A DNA stretch of 64,000 nucleotides, taken from an uncultured Candidatus Saccharibacteria bacterium. GTDB taxonomy: Bacteria; Patescibacteriota; Minisyncoccia; Phycocordibacterales; PALSA-1337. Below are positions 30,596 through 40,837 of the stretch, one piece after another; positions within the stretch are counted from its first letter, which is position 1; each line of letters starts with the position of its first letter. The stretch is taken from the NCBI GenBank assembly GCA_964561875.1, contig CAZLQL010000003.1, forward strand, positions 5,822 to 69,821, given 5' to 3'. The translations under genes and the position numbers were made by a program. The notes beneath the pieces were generated by a model. The model made no database searches and had not been told where the DNA came from. It saw nothing but the letters and a program-made list of their open reading frames with translations.

Positions 30596-31522
30596 ATGAT
30601 TAAGAAATATAATAAAAAATGCATAATTTGTAATTCTTCTTTAGATTTTTATTGTAATGCTTATGACTCGGAATATGTAACGTCAGATCAAATCTTTGAA
30701 TATGCTAAATGTGATAAATGTAAGACAGTATCAATTGTGCAAGATATTTCTGACTTAAAAAGTATTTATCCTAAGAATTATTATTCTTTTAGCAAAAATG
30801 CTGGTAAAAGTGTATTAAATAAAATAAAAGATTTTATCGAAGTATCAATGTTTAAGGGTATTGTTAAAGAGCTATACGGTGACAATTTATCTGTTTTAGA
30901 TGTTGGTGGAGGTACTGGTTGGGTATTAAATAGTCTAAAAAAAGCTACAAATAGATTTAAATATTTTAATATAGTTGATATAGATGATAATGCACAAAAC
31001 ATAGCTTTAAGTAATGGTTATTCATATTTCAAAGGAAGAATCGAAGACTATAAACCAAAAGATAAGTTTGATTTAATAATAATGTTAAATCTAATAGAAC
31101 ATGTAAATGATCCTGTATCGGTTTTAAGAAAGATAAAAGAAATAACAAATAAAAATGGACTTATCATCATAAAGACACCAAATAATGACAGTTTAGATGC
31201 AAGAATATTTAAAAAATATAATTGGGGAGGTTTACATGCACCAAGACACTTCAATATCTTCAGTAAACAATCTATAGAAATCATAGCTAAAAATATCGGT
31301 TTAGAAATAGAAAGTATAAAATATACACAAGGAGCACCACAGTGGACAACGAGTGTAATGGGTCAATTGTCGAAATATAATATTATAGACATAAATAAGG
31401 ATAGATCTATGCCTGAACACCCTATTTATCCTATATTTATGGCATTTTTCGCTTTATTTGATTTCATAAGACTTCCATTTAGTAAGACATCACAAATGTT
31501 TATTATATTTAGAAATATATGA
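30596..31522 (+). CDS. Class I SAM methyltransferase with Zn ribbon
   Basis: CIIC..CDKC, LDVGGGTG, NLIEH, KTPN, APRH. Confidence 0.88.
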   Translation: MIKKYNKKCIICNSSLDFYCNAYDSEYVTSDQIFEYAKCDKCKTVSIVQDISDLKSIYPKNYYSFSKNAGKSVLNKIKDFIEVSMFKGIVKELYGDNLSVLDVGGGTGWVLNSLKKATNRFKYFNIVDIDDNAQNIALSNGYSYFKGRIEDYKPKDKFDLIIMLNLIEHVNDPVSVLRKIKEITNKNGLIIIKTPNNDSLDARIFKKYNWGGLHAPRHFNIFSKQSIEIIAKNIGLEIESIKYTQGAPQWTTSVMGQLSKYNIIDINKDRSMPEHPIYPIFMAFFALFDFIRLPFSKTSQMFIIFRNI

Positions 31523-33840
31523 AAAGAATAATAGATTCAAATCTTATATATTTATTTTTACCAATATTTCTAATTGGATTTATATTTTTTAATATCATAT
31601 TTAAAAATGAATTCTTTTTAAATGGAGATAGTCTGTATGGATTTTATGCATATTATAAATATTTTGTTCAGGAAGGAAGTGTAATAACTCAAAATATACT
31701 TTCTGGTTTTCCAGTTTTTGTTTCAAATACAGGTACTTGGTTTTACCCTATAAATAATTTATTTAATCTTTTATTTGGTTCGATCAGAGGCTATTTGTAT
31801 TTAAATATCTTAAACATAGTTCTGGCCTATATTTTTAGCTATCTCTTTATTTATAAAATATCAAAATCTAAACTTATATCTACACTAGGGTCAATGATTT
31901 TTGTCTTTTCTGGTCAGACTATGTTGTGGTCAGAAACTCTGGGTAATACGAATTATTATTATATTTTGCCTCTAGTCTTTTATTTGAATGAATGTACAAA
32001 CACATTTTCGGGGTATAGAAAGTATATTTTAATAATTATTACTAGCCTAGTTCTCGGTATATCTTGGCTTTCAAGTCATGTTCAGTATGTATTTTATATT
32101 CATACATTTTTCTTTATATTTATTCTCTTTAATAAATATAGTGGAAATATATACGAGAAGATTTTAAGGATTTTATCTATATCCCTAGTATCATTTATTA
32201 TTGGTTTTGAGCAAATATATTCTATTTTGAGCTTCAGAGACGTCACTCATAGAGAATATGGTGTTACTGTAGACTCTGTCTTTTCAGGATCGTATGGTTT
32301 ACATGATCTACTACACTATATTTTACCTTTTATAAACTTCCCATATTTTTCTTGGAGTAACCCAAATCTTTATATAGGTGTATTACCACTAATTTTATTG
32401 ATTTCAGCGATATTTTCTTTTGATTATTTAAAAGAGCAAAAATATTTTAAATTCTTCTATCTATCTTTTATATTTTGTACTTTGTTTTCATTTAAAAACT
32501 CACCACTAGCATTACTATTTCACAATCTCCCTTTATTTAATAGTTTTAGAGAAGCTCCAAGAATAATGTTTCTAGGTTCATTTAGTGTTGCTTTATTGTG
32601 TGTATATATACTTATTTCAATATCTGAGAATAAAAATCAGGTTTTATACTTATTAAATAAAGTAAATCTTTTATATAAAAAAGTATTTTATTTTATATTT
32701 TTACCCTTAGTTTCAATAATAACTTTCACCTTTTATTTTTTTAAGGACATAATATACGAATATTCAAGTAATTATTTTATAAATAATGTATATAACAGTA
32801 CGATGCTTCTACCAAAAGAGCATTATCTTAATGTTCTAAATAGCTATGTATATTCGATAAATGACCTTACATTTTTTGATTATCAGATACTTATATTTAC
32901 TATATTTAGTATTATTTCAGTATTATTTATATCTAAAATCGATAAGGTAAAGATAGATATTTTATTGAAGATATTTATATTGATACAAGTATTGAATATC
33001 GGTTTTGTCTATTTTAATCATTTCAAATCAATACTTATATCCGATATTGAAACAGAACCAAAAACTGTAACATTTATAAAAAATAATAATAAATCAAATT
33101 CACCATATAGAGTAGCTTCTATTCTTCCGGGTTTTGGTATATACGATAAACACTATGTTCAGTGTGATTCTAGAGATGAGAGAGATTCATTTATATTAAA
33201 AAAGGAGTTGTTACAGCCAAATATGAATATGCTTTACGATATTGATATTATCGACGGCTATGACAATTTTATGCCAAGAAATATTTCTGAAATACTTGGA
33301 AGTATTGGCTCTGAGCAGTCACTCTCAAACGATATTTTGGCAAATAAAAGAATGAGTATGGACAATAAGATAAGTGAAATTTTAAATAATTTGGATAAAT
33401 ATAAAATGATGAATACAAAGTATTTATTATCTTTGTATTCACTAAATAATAAAGATTTAAACTTGGTATATAGAGATAAAGTAAGTAAGTGTGGTATCGA
33501 TGTCTACATGTATGAACTCAATGGTTTTTGGCCAAGATATTTTGTGTTGAAAGACATAAAAGAAAATATAAATGAAAATGATGTAAAAACAATGGTAGAG
33601 ATTGTGCCTAAATATAATAAATACAATACAAGCTTAATGTTTGAAACAAATTTCCCAAGTAAAGTTTTTATAGGAAATACTTATTTACCAAGTTATAAAA
33701 TAAAATTAGATGGTAAATATATAGAACCAAAAGTATATAAAAATTTATATATGTATATTGATGTTGAAAAAGGAAGTCATAATATTGAAATACAATACCC
33801 AATACATGATTATTCAAATAGACTTCTCAATACTTATTGA
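31519..33840 (+). CDS. YfhO-like GT-C membrane glycosyltransferase
   Basis: GD..., SGFP, FYP, HVQ, LYIG, LPLFNSFREAPR, DGYD, C-terminal GSHNIEIQYP. Confidence 0.8.
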   Translation: MKRIIDSNLIYLFLPIFLIGFIFFNIIFKNEFFLNGDSLYGFYAYYKYFVQEGSVITQNILSGFPVFVSNTGTWFYPINNLFNLLFGSIRGYLYLNILNIVLAYIFSYLFIYKISKSKLISTLGSMIFVFSGQTMLWSETLGNTNYYYILPLVFYLNECTNTFSGYRKYILIIITSLVLGISWLSSHVQYVFYIHTFFFIFILFNKYSGNIYEKILRILSISLVSFIIGFEQIYSILSFRDVTHREYGVTVDSVFSGSYGLHDLLHYILPFINFPYFSWSNPNLYIGVLPLILLISAIFSFDYLKEQKYFKFFYLSFIFCTLFSFKNSPLALLFHNLPLFNSFREAPRIMFLGSFSVALLCVYILISISENKNQVLYLLNKVNLLYKKVFYFIFLPLVSIITFTFYFFKDIIYEYSSNYFINNVYNSTMLLPKEHYLNVLNSYVYSINDLTFFDYQILIFTIFSIISVLFISKIDKVKIDILLKIFILIQVLNIGFVYFNHFKSILISDIETEPKTVTFIKNNNKSNSPYRVASILPGFGIYDKHYVQCDSRDERDSFILKKELLQPNMNMLYDIDIIDGYDNFMPRNISEILGSIGSEQSLSNDILANKRMSMDNKISEILNNLDKYKMMNTKYLLSLYSLNNKDLNLVYRDKVSKCGIDVYMYELNGFWPRYFVLKDIKENINENDVKTMVEIVPKYNKYNTSLMFETNFPSKVFIGNTYLPSYKIKLDGKYIEPKVYKNLYMYIDVEKGSHNIEIQYPIHDYSNRLLNTY

Positions 33841-33881
33841 TAATTGTATTTAAGAGCAGATTGTATTATAAATGATATAAT

Positions 33882-34511
33882 ATGACCATGAAAAATAGGC
33901 TGTATATGACTAGGGACGTGCTTATTAGTTTTTCTAATTATTTTAAGGGTAATACACTAGACTTGGGTGCTGGTACTGCAAAGTATAAAAATATAATAAA
34001 GCCTAGGACAACAAGTTATACAACATATGACATGATCCCTGGACCAAATATAGATATTGTCGGTGATATATTGAATTTGGAATTAAGAGACAATACATAC
34101 GATACGGTTATTTCTACACAAGTTTTAGAACATGTATCTAGACCTTGGATAATGGCAAAAGAGATATCTAGGATATTGAAGAGTGGAGGCTATTGTATAG
34201 TCACAGCTCCATTTATGGTACCTTTTCATTCTGATCCTCATGACTATTTCAGATATACAACCGAAGGCATGTCTCTTCTTTTTTCTGATGCGGGTTTGGA
34301 AATAATAGATTGTAAACCTTACGGTGGTGTATTTATGGTTATATCTGAATACATACATTTTAGATTTTTTAATCCTTATAATAAAGAATTAAATAAAATC
34401 CAAAAAAAGATTTTTAGTTTTATTCAAAAGACCTTAACTTTTTTTGAGAAATTAGCAAAAAATACTGGTATTGCCTATGCCAATGTTTATTTGATAGCAA
34501 AAAAGAAATAA
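33882..34511 (+). CDS. Class I SAM methyltransferase
   Basis: LDLGAG, TQVLEH, PF..PFHSDPHDYFRYT. Confidence 0.88.
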   Translation: MTMKNRLYMTRDVLISFSNYFKGNTLDLGAGTAKYKNIIKPRTTSYTTYDMIPGPNIDIVGDILNLELRDNTYDTVISTQVLEHVSRPWIMAKEISRILKSGGYCIVTAPFMVPFHSDPHDYFRYTTEGMSLLFSDAGLEIIDCKPYGGVFMVISEYIHFRFFNPYNKELNKIQKKIFSFIQKTLTFFEKLAKNTGIAYANVYLIAKKK

Positions 34512-34512
34512 T

Positions 34513-35166
34513 ATGACCTTTATATTTCAACCAGAAAGATATTTGTTAACTAAACAAATAGAAAAGAATTCAAACTATATAAAAGGAATAGTACTGGATG
34601 TTGGAGCTGGGCACTATTCTAGATATCAGAAGTTTTTTAAATACGATAAGTATATAAAGATGGATATAAACCATGCAGAGCATGTAGATGTTGTGGGGAG
34701 TGTTGACTCTATACCACTTCAGGATGAGAGTGTTGATTCTGTTGTCTGCACTCAGGTTTTCGAACATATAAAGTATCCAGATAAAGGCGCCAGTGAAATA
34801 TTTAGAATATTAAAAAAGGGTGGATATGTTCTAGTTACTGTACCTCAGACAAATGAATTACATGAAGAACCGCATGATTATTTCAGGTATACGAAATATG
34901 GATTGAATAGAATATTTTGTGATGCTGGTTTTGTTAATGAAGTTATGGAGCAAAGAGGTGGTTTCTTTTCTACTGTAGCTCAAATGTTTATTAGATTTAC
35001 AACAGACAGTTTGAAGCTATATGAAAGAAAGATCCTGGGAAAGATAATCGGTAAGTTGCTATACATTATCGGTAGATTTTCTATATATTTAGATAAGATT
35101 ATAAATAGTGATTCAAGTAATAAACATGCAATAGGTTGGTGTTGTGTGTATAAAAAACCTTTATGA
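34513..35166 (+). CDS. Class I SAM methyltransferase (paralogue of the upstream gene)
   Basis: LDVGAG, TQVFEH, HEEPHDYFRYT. Confidence 0.88.
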   Translation: MTFIFQPERYLLTKQIEKNSNYIKGIVLDVGAGHYSRYQKFFKYDKYIKMDINHAEHVDVVGSVDSIPLQDESVDSVVCTQVFEHIKYPDKGASEIFRILKKGGYVLVTVPQTNELHEEPHDYFRYTKYGLNRIFCDAGFVNEVMEQRGGFFSTVAQMFIRFTTDSLKLYERKILGKIIGKLLYIIGRFSIYLDKIINSDSSNKHAIGWCCVYKKPL

Positions 35167-36329
35167 AGATCTTAATTGTATCAGATGATTTTCCGCCAAA
35201 AAGTTTTGGAGGTGCAGGTATAGTTGCAAGTAATCTAGCAAATAGTTTAAAAGATAGGGGACATAGCGTCTCAGTTTTTACAGCAAATGAAAACTATCAC
35301 ATATCTGAAAGGTGGAGATCATATCTGGGTCTATACAATCCAAAAGCAATAAAAGATTTTAAAAAAATCCTAATAGATTTTAAGCCTGATATCGTACATT
35401 TTCATAATATACACTCACATATTTCTTATTACACTATAGTTTTAGCAAAGAAAAGTGGTGCAAAAGTGTTTGTTACACTACACGATGCAATGTCGGTATA
35501 CTACGGTAAGGTTCCAGTAAAAAATGGTGATACAAAATACAAAGTCACACTATTTGAAATGTTTAAAGTTTTTGGTTTAAGAGTAAATATATTTAGAAAT
35601 ATCGTTATAAGATATATATTTTCATATGCAGATAAGATATTTACAGTCAGTGATTCTCTAAGAGAATTTTTATCTATAAATGGAATAAAAAATACTATAA
35701 CTATCCATAACGGTATAGATGTAGACGATTTTAAAATATATCCGGATATTGTTAGAGAATATAGAAATAATTTGGGATTAAAAGATACAGATAAAGTATT
35801 ACTATTTGGAGGTAGGTTGAGTAATATGAAAGGTGCAAAACTTACCATCGATTCATATATAAAAGTTTTAAATAAAGTACATGATGTAAAACTTATGATA
35901 GTAGGTAATGTGCCAAAACACGATAGTGATCTTATAAAATACGCAAAAGATAAAAATGTCTTTGATAAAATCATATTTACCGGCTGGATAGATCATGAAA
36001 ATATGGCAACCATATATCATTTATCAGATATAGTTTTGGTTCCTTCTATATATCTCGATCCTTTTCCAAATATAAATCTAGAGGCTATGGCTTGTGGTAA
36101 ACCTATTGTTGGAACAATATACGGTGGTACAAAAGAGGTGGTAAGGCATGGTGTAAATGGGTTATTGATTGATCCTTTTGATATAGAAATATATTCCAAA
36201 ACTGTTACAACTATGTTGAATGATAAAGAGCTACAGTCTGATATGGGTAAAAAGGGAAAGGATATAGTAGAAAAAGAGTTTAGTATAGATAAACAAATAG
36301 ATGAAATTCTATTGTGGTATAATTCATAA
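35163..36329 (+). CDS. Glycosyltransferase family 4
   Basis: FPP..GGA, HFHN, GRL..KG, PSIYLDPFPNINLEAMACG. Confidence 0.92.
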   Translation: MKILIVSDDFPPKSFGGAGIVASNLANSLKDRGHSVSVFTANENYHISERWRSYLGLYNPKAIKDFKKILIDFKPDIVHFHNIHSHISYYTIVLAKKSGAKVFVTLHDAMSVYYGKVPVKNGDTKYKVTLFEMFKVFGLRVNIFRNIVIRYIFSYADKIFTVSDSLREFLSINGIKNTITIHNGIDVDDFKIYPDIVREYRNNLGLKDTDKVLLFGGRLSNMKGAKLTIDSYIKVLNKVHDVKLMIVGNVPKHDSDLIKYAKDKNVFDKIIFTGWIDHENMATIYHLSDIVLVPSIYLDPFPNINLEAMACGKPIVGTIYGGTKEVVRHGVNGLLIDPFDIEIYSKTVTTMLNDKELQSDMGKKGKDIVEKEFSIDKQIDEILLWYNS

Positions 36330-36341
36330 AAATAAAAAATA

Positions 36342-37091
36342 ATGGATAAAAAGACTATAATTGCAGATTTTTATACAAAAGAGAGTGTTCAGTATTCAAA
36401 AAAGAGGTATGAAGGAGAATTAAATACCTATACTCAATATTTGTTCAGAAAAAGAATGAATATATATTTTGATTTTTTGAGATATATAAAATCAAATGTA
36501 AATAAAAAAATATCTTTGTTTGATATCGGCTGTGCTGACGGTGTAGTTTTATTTAATACAGAATATATATTTTCAGATATGATAAGTTCATACACAGCTG
36601 TAGATATATCTAGTGGAATGATAGAAGTGGCAAACAATAATAAACCTAATGATAAATTTTCTTTTTACCTTAGAGGAAAAGAATCAAATTCAAATTATGA
36701 TTTAGTTACTGAGCTTGGCGTCCATGTACCTGATTTAAAATCAGAAATTAGTTATATAAAGCAGAAGTTAAATTCAGACAATTCTTATTTTATTTTTTCA
36801 AGTTCAAGTGGAGGTTCATTGCATACATATTTTAAGATAAGAAATAATCCAGAAACTAGTCACATAGGAGAATTAAAAAGATATAATGAAATAGAGAATA
36901 TATTAAAGTCAGAATTTAAAATAATAAAATCAATACCATACGGTTTGTTTATTCCAAAACTGTGGGCAAATGCAACGATAGGTAAGATGTTGCAACCTAT
37001 TATTGATAAAGTTTTTTCTTTTATAGTACCCGGTCTATTTCACGAGAAGATTTATCTTCTTACCCCTATAAATAAAGAAACTAAGGTTTAG
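36342..37091 (+). CDS. Class I SAM methyltransferase
   Basis: FDIGCADG, VDISSGM. Confidence 0.75.
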   Translation: MDKKTIIADFYTKESVQYSKKRYEGELNTYTQYLFRKRMNIYFDFLRYIKSNVNKKISLFDIGCADGVVLFNTEYIFSDMISSYTAVDISSGMIEVANNNKPNDKFSFYLRGKESNSNYDLVTELGVHVPDLKSEISYIKQKLNSDNSYFIFSSSSGGSLHTYFKIRNNPETSHIGELKRYNEIENILKSEFKIIKSIPYGLFIPKLWANATIGKMLQPIIDKVFSFIVPGLFHEKIYLLTPINKETKV

Positions 37092-38306
37092 GATAAACAT
37101 AAACAACCAAGATACTCCATTTTCTATAACTGCACCTAGAACTCCAAATTTTGGTATCAGTATCATTCCAAATATTATAGTAGCGATATTACCAGTTATA
37201 TTTAATATATATAAAGTTTTTGTATCTTTGATTATTTGGAAATAAAGTGACAATAAGTAAATTCCAGGGAAGGTTATAAGCCCTAGCATGTATATTCTTG
37301 AATAAAATATAGACTCAATGTATTTGGGGAATAGTAAGGCATATATCTCTGGTGAAAGAAAATAATATGCAATAACTATGAGTACCGAAAGGAAAGTCAA
37401 TCTCGTAACCTTATCTGTTATGCTATAACGCAAATCTTTTTCATTTAGTTCTGCAAATTTCGGTAAGCCGATATTAAATATATTTTTAAAGAACGATCTT
37501 ACTTGTTCTGGTAATGCATTTGCAAATGAGTAAACAGCAAGTGGGGCAGATCCTATATAATGAAATAAGAGTATTTTATCTACTTGATTTGCAAATGTAC
37601 CGATAAAACCCATAACACTTAGATGATGACCGTATTTGATCATGCTATTGTCTGCAGTATCAATGCTAGGTTTATATACTCTTATTGTGTAGAAATAGAA
37701 TATGGCATTAAGTATAAGAGTGCTTGAAAAGTATCCTAAAATTAGAAGTATTATATTTGGATTAAAAATTGCTACTATACATACTGTAGCCACATTTACT
37801 ATCTGTGTTACAAGCCAAAATATTGTTCCCCTTTTAAAATCCTTCTTTCCAGAGAGAAAAGCACCATACATACTAACTGCATTTGTGATAGGTAGGGTAA
37901 CACTTACAATAATAAATGATATTGCAAATAAATTATTATCATTTAAGAAATAATATAGACCAGTTCCTAAAGATACTATAGATATAATACTTCCCCAGAT
38001 CAATTGATTTTTTACTGCAAGAAATATAGTTCCATAAGAACCTTTTGCAACTGCTTGTGTTAGACTCGATCCAAGTCCAGATAAAGATAGTCCACCTATT
38101 ATACCCGCTACTGATAGTATGAATTTATAATTTCCATACACTTCCTGGGGTAAGGCTCTAGCGAGAACAAGCGATAGTAGAAGTGAGGAAAATACAGAAA
38201 CTATTTGACCTATCGATAACCAGAAACTACCTTTTGCGAGGTAAACCATATCGGTTTTAAGGTATTTTTCACTAAAACGCAATACCTTATATATTGAATC
38301 TTTCAT
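37035..38306 (-). CDS. Wzx-like oligosaccharide flippase
   Basis: LAR.L....YG.Y, QVDKILL, LIPKFGVLGA; about 12 TMs. Confidence 0.88.
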   Translation of the reverse strand: MKDSIYKVLRFSEKYLKTDMVYLAKGSFWLSIGQIVSVFSSLLLSLVLARALPQEVYGNYKFILSVAGIIGGLSLSGLGSSLTQAVAKGSYGTIFLAVKNQLIWGSIISIVSLGTGLYYFLNDNNLFAISFIIVSVTLPITNAVSMYGAFLSGKKDFKRGTIFWLVTQIVNVATVCIVAIFNPNIILLILGYFSSTLILNAIFYFYTIRVYKPSIDTADNSMIKYGHHLSVMGFIGTFANQVDKILLFHYIGSAPLAVYSFANALPEQVRSFFKNIFNIGLPKFAELNEKDLRYSITDKVTRLTFLSVLIVIAYYFLSPEIYALLFPKYIESIFYSRIYMLGLITFPGIYLLSLYFQIIKDTKTLYILNITGNIATIIFGMILIPKFGVLGAVIENGVSWLFMFILNLSFFIYRGKKINLLVK

Positions 38307-38380
38307 ATATTAAATCTATCATGTTATAGTCTTTTTTACATCTACATATTATTTTTCCTTTATGATATAGTTCAAGTCAT

Positions 38381-40603
38381 ATGAATTCAAAAACAATAGA
38401 AAATATATTAAAATTTACAGTATTTACTTCATTATTCGCAGTATTGTTTGTGCCACTTTATGTAGAAAATCACCTTTTCTTTCCTTTTATAACAGGAAAG
38501 GGATTTTTATTTAGAATACTTACTGAAATAGCTTTTGTATCATGGATAATATTGTTTATGAGAAATAGAGACTATTTACCAAAATGGTCTTCTATACAAG
38601 TTAGCTTTACTCTATTCACAATCGTAATCCTAGTCGCAGATATTCTAGGTCTAAATTTCTTGAGAAGCTTCTGGTCAAACTTCGAACGTATGGACGGTTT
38701 TGTAGGTCTTATACATCTATGGGGATATTTTATGGTCTTAACATCTGTCATGACATATAGAGTAGGGGACTTCTTAAATTGGAGAAGATATCTAAATACA
38801 AGTATATTTGTGTCTATAATAATTACTATATATTCTCTATTTCAATTGTTAGGTTGGGCTGATATCCATCAAGGTTCTACACGTCTAGATGCATCTTTGG
38901 GAAATGCTATATATCTTGCTGCTTACCTATTGTTCCATATATTTATCGCTATATATCTTGCTTTTGATTCTGCAGAAAGAAGAAATAAAATTCTAGTATG
39001 GTTCTATTCTGTATTATCGATTGTATTTGCTTTCTTTATGTATGAGACAGCAACAAGAGGAGCGGTACTTGGAGTTTTGGTGGGTCTTGTTGTTGGCCTT
39101 ATAATGCTTTCAATCTGGAGTAAAAAGGAAGATAAGGTAATAAGATATTCTTCAATTGGAATATTACTATTTCTACTTATATCAGTATCTATATTTTGGT
39201 TAAATAAAGATACAAAATTTGTTCAGGGAAACGATATATTGAGACGCTTCGCTTCTATATCTATAAGTGAAACTAAGACTCAAGCTAGAGGATATATATG
39301 GCCAATGGCAATAAAGGGTGCTTTCGAAAATAAAAAAACAACTATCATAGGTTCAGGACAGGAAAATTTTAACTATGTATTTAATGCAAACTATAACCCA
39401 AATATGTGGAGACATGAGCAGTGGTTCGACAGAGCTCACAACTCATATCTAGATTGGTTGGTTGCCGGTGGACTTCTTGGACTTATTGCATATCTGGCTA
39501 TATTTATATCAGCATTTTATATGATAATCAGAAGTGATATATCTATAAATAAGAAGGCAACACTCTTTGGTGTAATAATCGCTTATGGAATACAAAGTAT
39601 ATTTACTTTCGATAACCTAACTAGCTATTTATACTTCATAATAATTCTATCTATTATAGCTACACCAAGATCTACAAAACTTCATAATTGGATTTCAAAG
39701 ATACTATTATCAAATTCAAATAATTATCCAATAATAAGAGATTATTTATACACTCCTGTAGTTCTTATATTGTTTATAGTTACAATATACACAATCAATG
39801 TAAGACCTATACAAGCAAATACAAGACTTATAGATGCTATGATATCTTGTTCAGGTGGTCAAAATACTCCTTCAGTTGAAGCTTATCAAAATGCTTTGAA
39901 ACTTGATCAATATGTCGCAAATCAAGAGATAAGAGAACAATCGCTTGCTTGTGGAACAAATATAATAAGAAGCAATCTTTCACAAAGTGCAAAAGAGAGT
40001 TTTGCTTATTTTGTGGTTACAAATATAGACAAGCAGATCAATATCACTCCAAATGATGCAAGAGCTTTTTATCTAGGTGGTACATTCCTTGATGAAGCGG
40101 GTAATTGGTCAGCTGCAAATGTATTGCTTGAAAGAGCAAATCAACTTTCACCAAACAAGCAATCGATCATGCTTGAATTGGCCACAAACTATATAAATTC
40201 AAATAGAATGAATGATGCTGTAGAGATCACTAGAAAAGCTTATGAACTAGCTACTGATAACGATATATCTAGAGCAGCCTACATATCTGTTCTTATAGTT
40301 TCAGGACAAGAAGCAAAAGCAAAAGAAATATTCTCCAAGCAACCAGAAGCTTTCTATGATGAGAGAATTGTAAACGCCTATATGAATAAAAAGCAGTTTG
40401 ATAAAGCGGCTTCAGTATATAAAAAACTAATTGAAATTAATCCAGAATATAAACAATATTATCTACAACTAGCTGGAGTATATTACGCAAGTGGAAATAA
40501 ATATCTAACAATACAAGAACTTAAGCTAATAGGGGATAAATTCCCAGAATCAAAAAAGCAGATTGATGATGCAATAAAGGAAGTGGAAAAGAAATTGCAA
40601 TAA
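38381..40603 (+). CDS. O-antigen ligase/oligosaccharyltransferase-like protein with TPRs
   Basis: SLGNA, TATRGA, R..IW, GSGQENF, DRAHN; C-terminal TPR helices. Confidence 0.88.
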   Translation: MNSKTIENILKFTVFTSLFAVLFVPLYVENHLFFPFITGKGFLFRILTEIAFVSWIILFMRNRDYLPKWSSIQVSFTLFTIVILVADILGLNFLRSFWSNFERMDGFVGLIHLWGYFMVLTSVMTYRVGDFLNWRRYLNTSIFVSIIITIYSLFQLLGWADIHQGSTRLDASLGNAIYLAAYLLFHIFIAIYLAFDSAERRNKILVWFYSVLSIVFAFFMYETATRGAVLGVLVGLVVGLIMLSIWSKKEDKVIRYSSIGILLFLLISVSIFWLNKDTKFVQGNDILRRFASISISETKTQARGYIWPMAIKGAFENKKTTIIGSGQENFNYVFNANYNPNMWRHEQWFDRAHNSYLDWLVAGGLLGLIAYLAIFISAFYMIIRSDISINKKATLFGVIIAYGIQSIFTFDNLTSYLYFIIILSIIATPRSTKLHNWISKILLSNSNNYPIIRDYLYTPVVLILFIVTIYTINVRPIQANTRLIDAMISCSGGQNTPSVEAYQNALKLDQYVANQEIREQSLACGTNIIRSNLSQSAKESFAYFVVTNIDKQINITPNDARAFYLGGTFLDEAGNWSAANVLLERANQLSPNKQSIMLELATNYINSNRMNDAVEITRKAYELATDNDISRAAYISVLIVSGQEAKAKEIFSKQPEAFYDERIVNAYMNKKQFDKAASVYKKLIEINPEYKQYYLQLAGVYYASGNKYLTIQELKLIGDKFPESKKQIDDAIKEVEKKLQ

Positions 40604-40640
40604 TTATTGCATAATTAAAACTGATATATTAAAATATAGT

Positions 40641-40721
40641 GGTGTGAGTATCACAAATGTGTTGGTACTTCCAAATAAAATGTCTACGAAAGGTCCTGTC
40701 TCGGCAGGATTTTTCGTTTTT
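40641..40721 (+). ncRNA. Short sRNA candidate
   Basis: TTGCAT(40607)-17-TAAAAT(40630) promoter, one hairpin, then a terminator; no meaningful ORF. Confidence 0.4.
40687..40721 (+). terminator. Intrinsic terminator
   Basis: CGAAAGGTCCTG...CAGGATTTTTCG followed by TTTTT. Confidence 0.75.
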
Positions 40722-40837
40722 ATTTAAATAATTGTAAATGTAGGGGTAAAAGCTATATTTTCATCAAAAAGTAATATTGTTTGAAAAAACATGATTTAGG
40801 TGTATAAATATCTAGAAAGTACAAAAGGAGACATATT

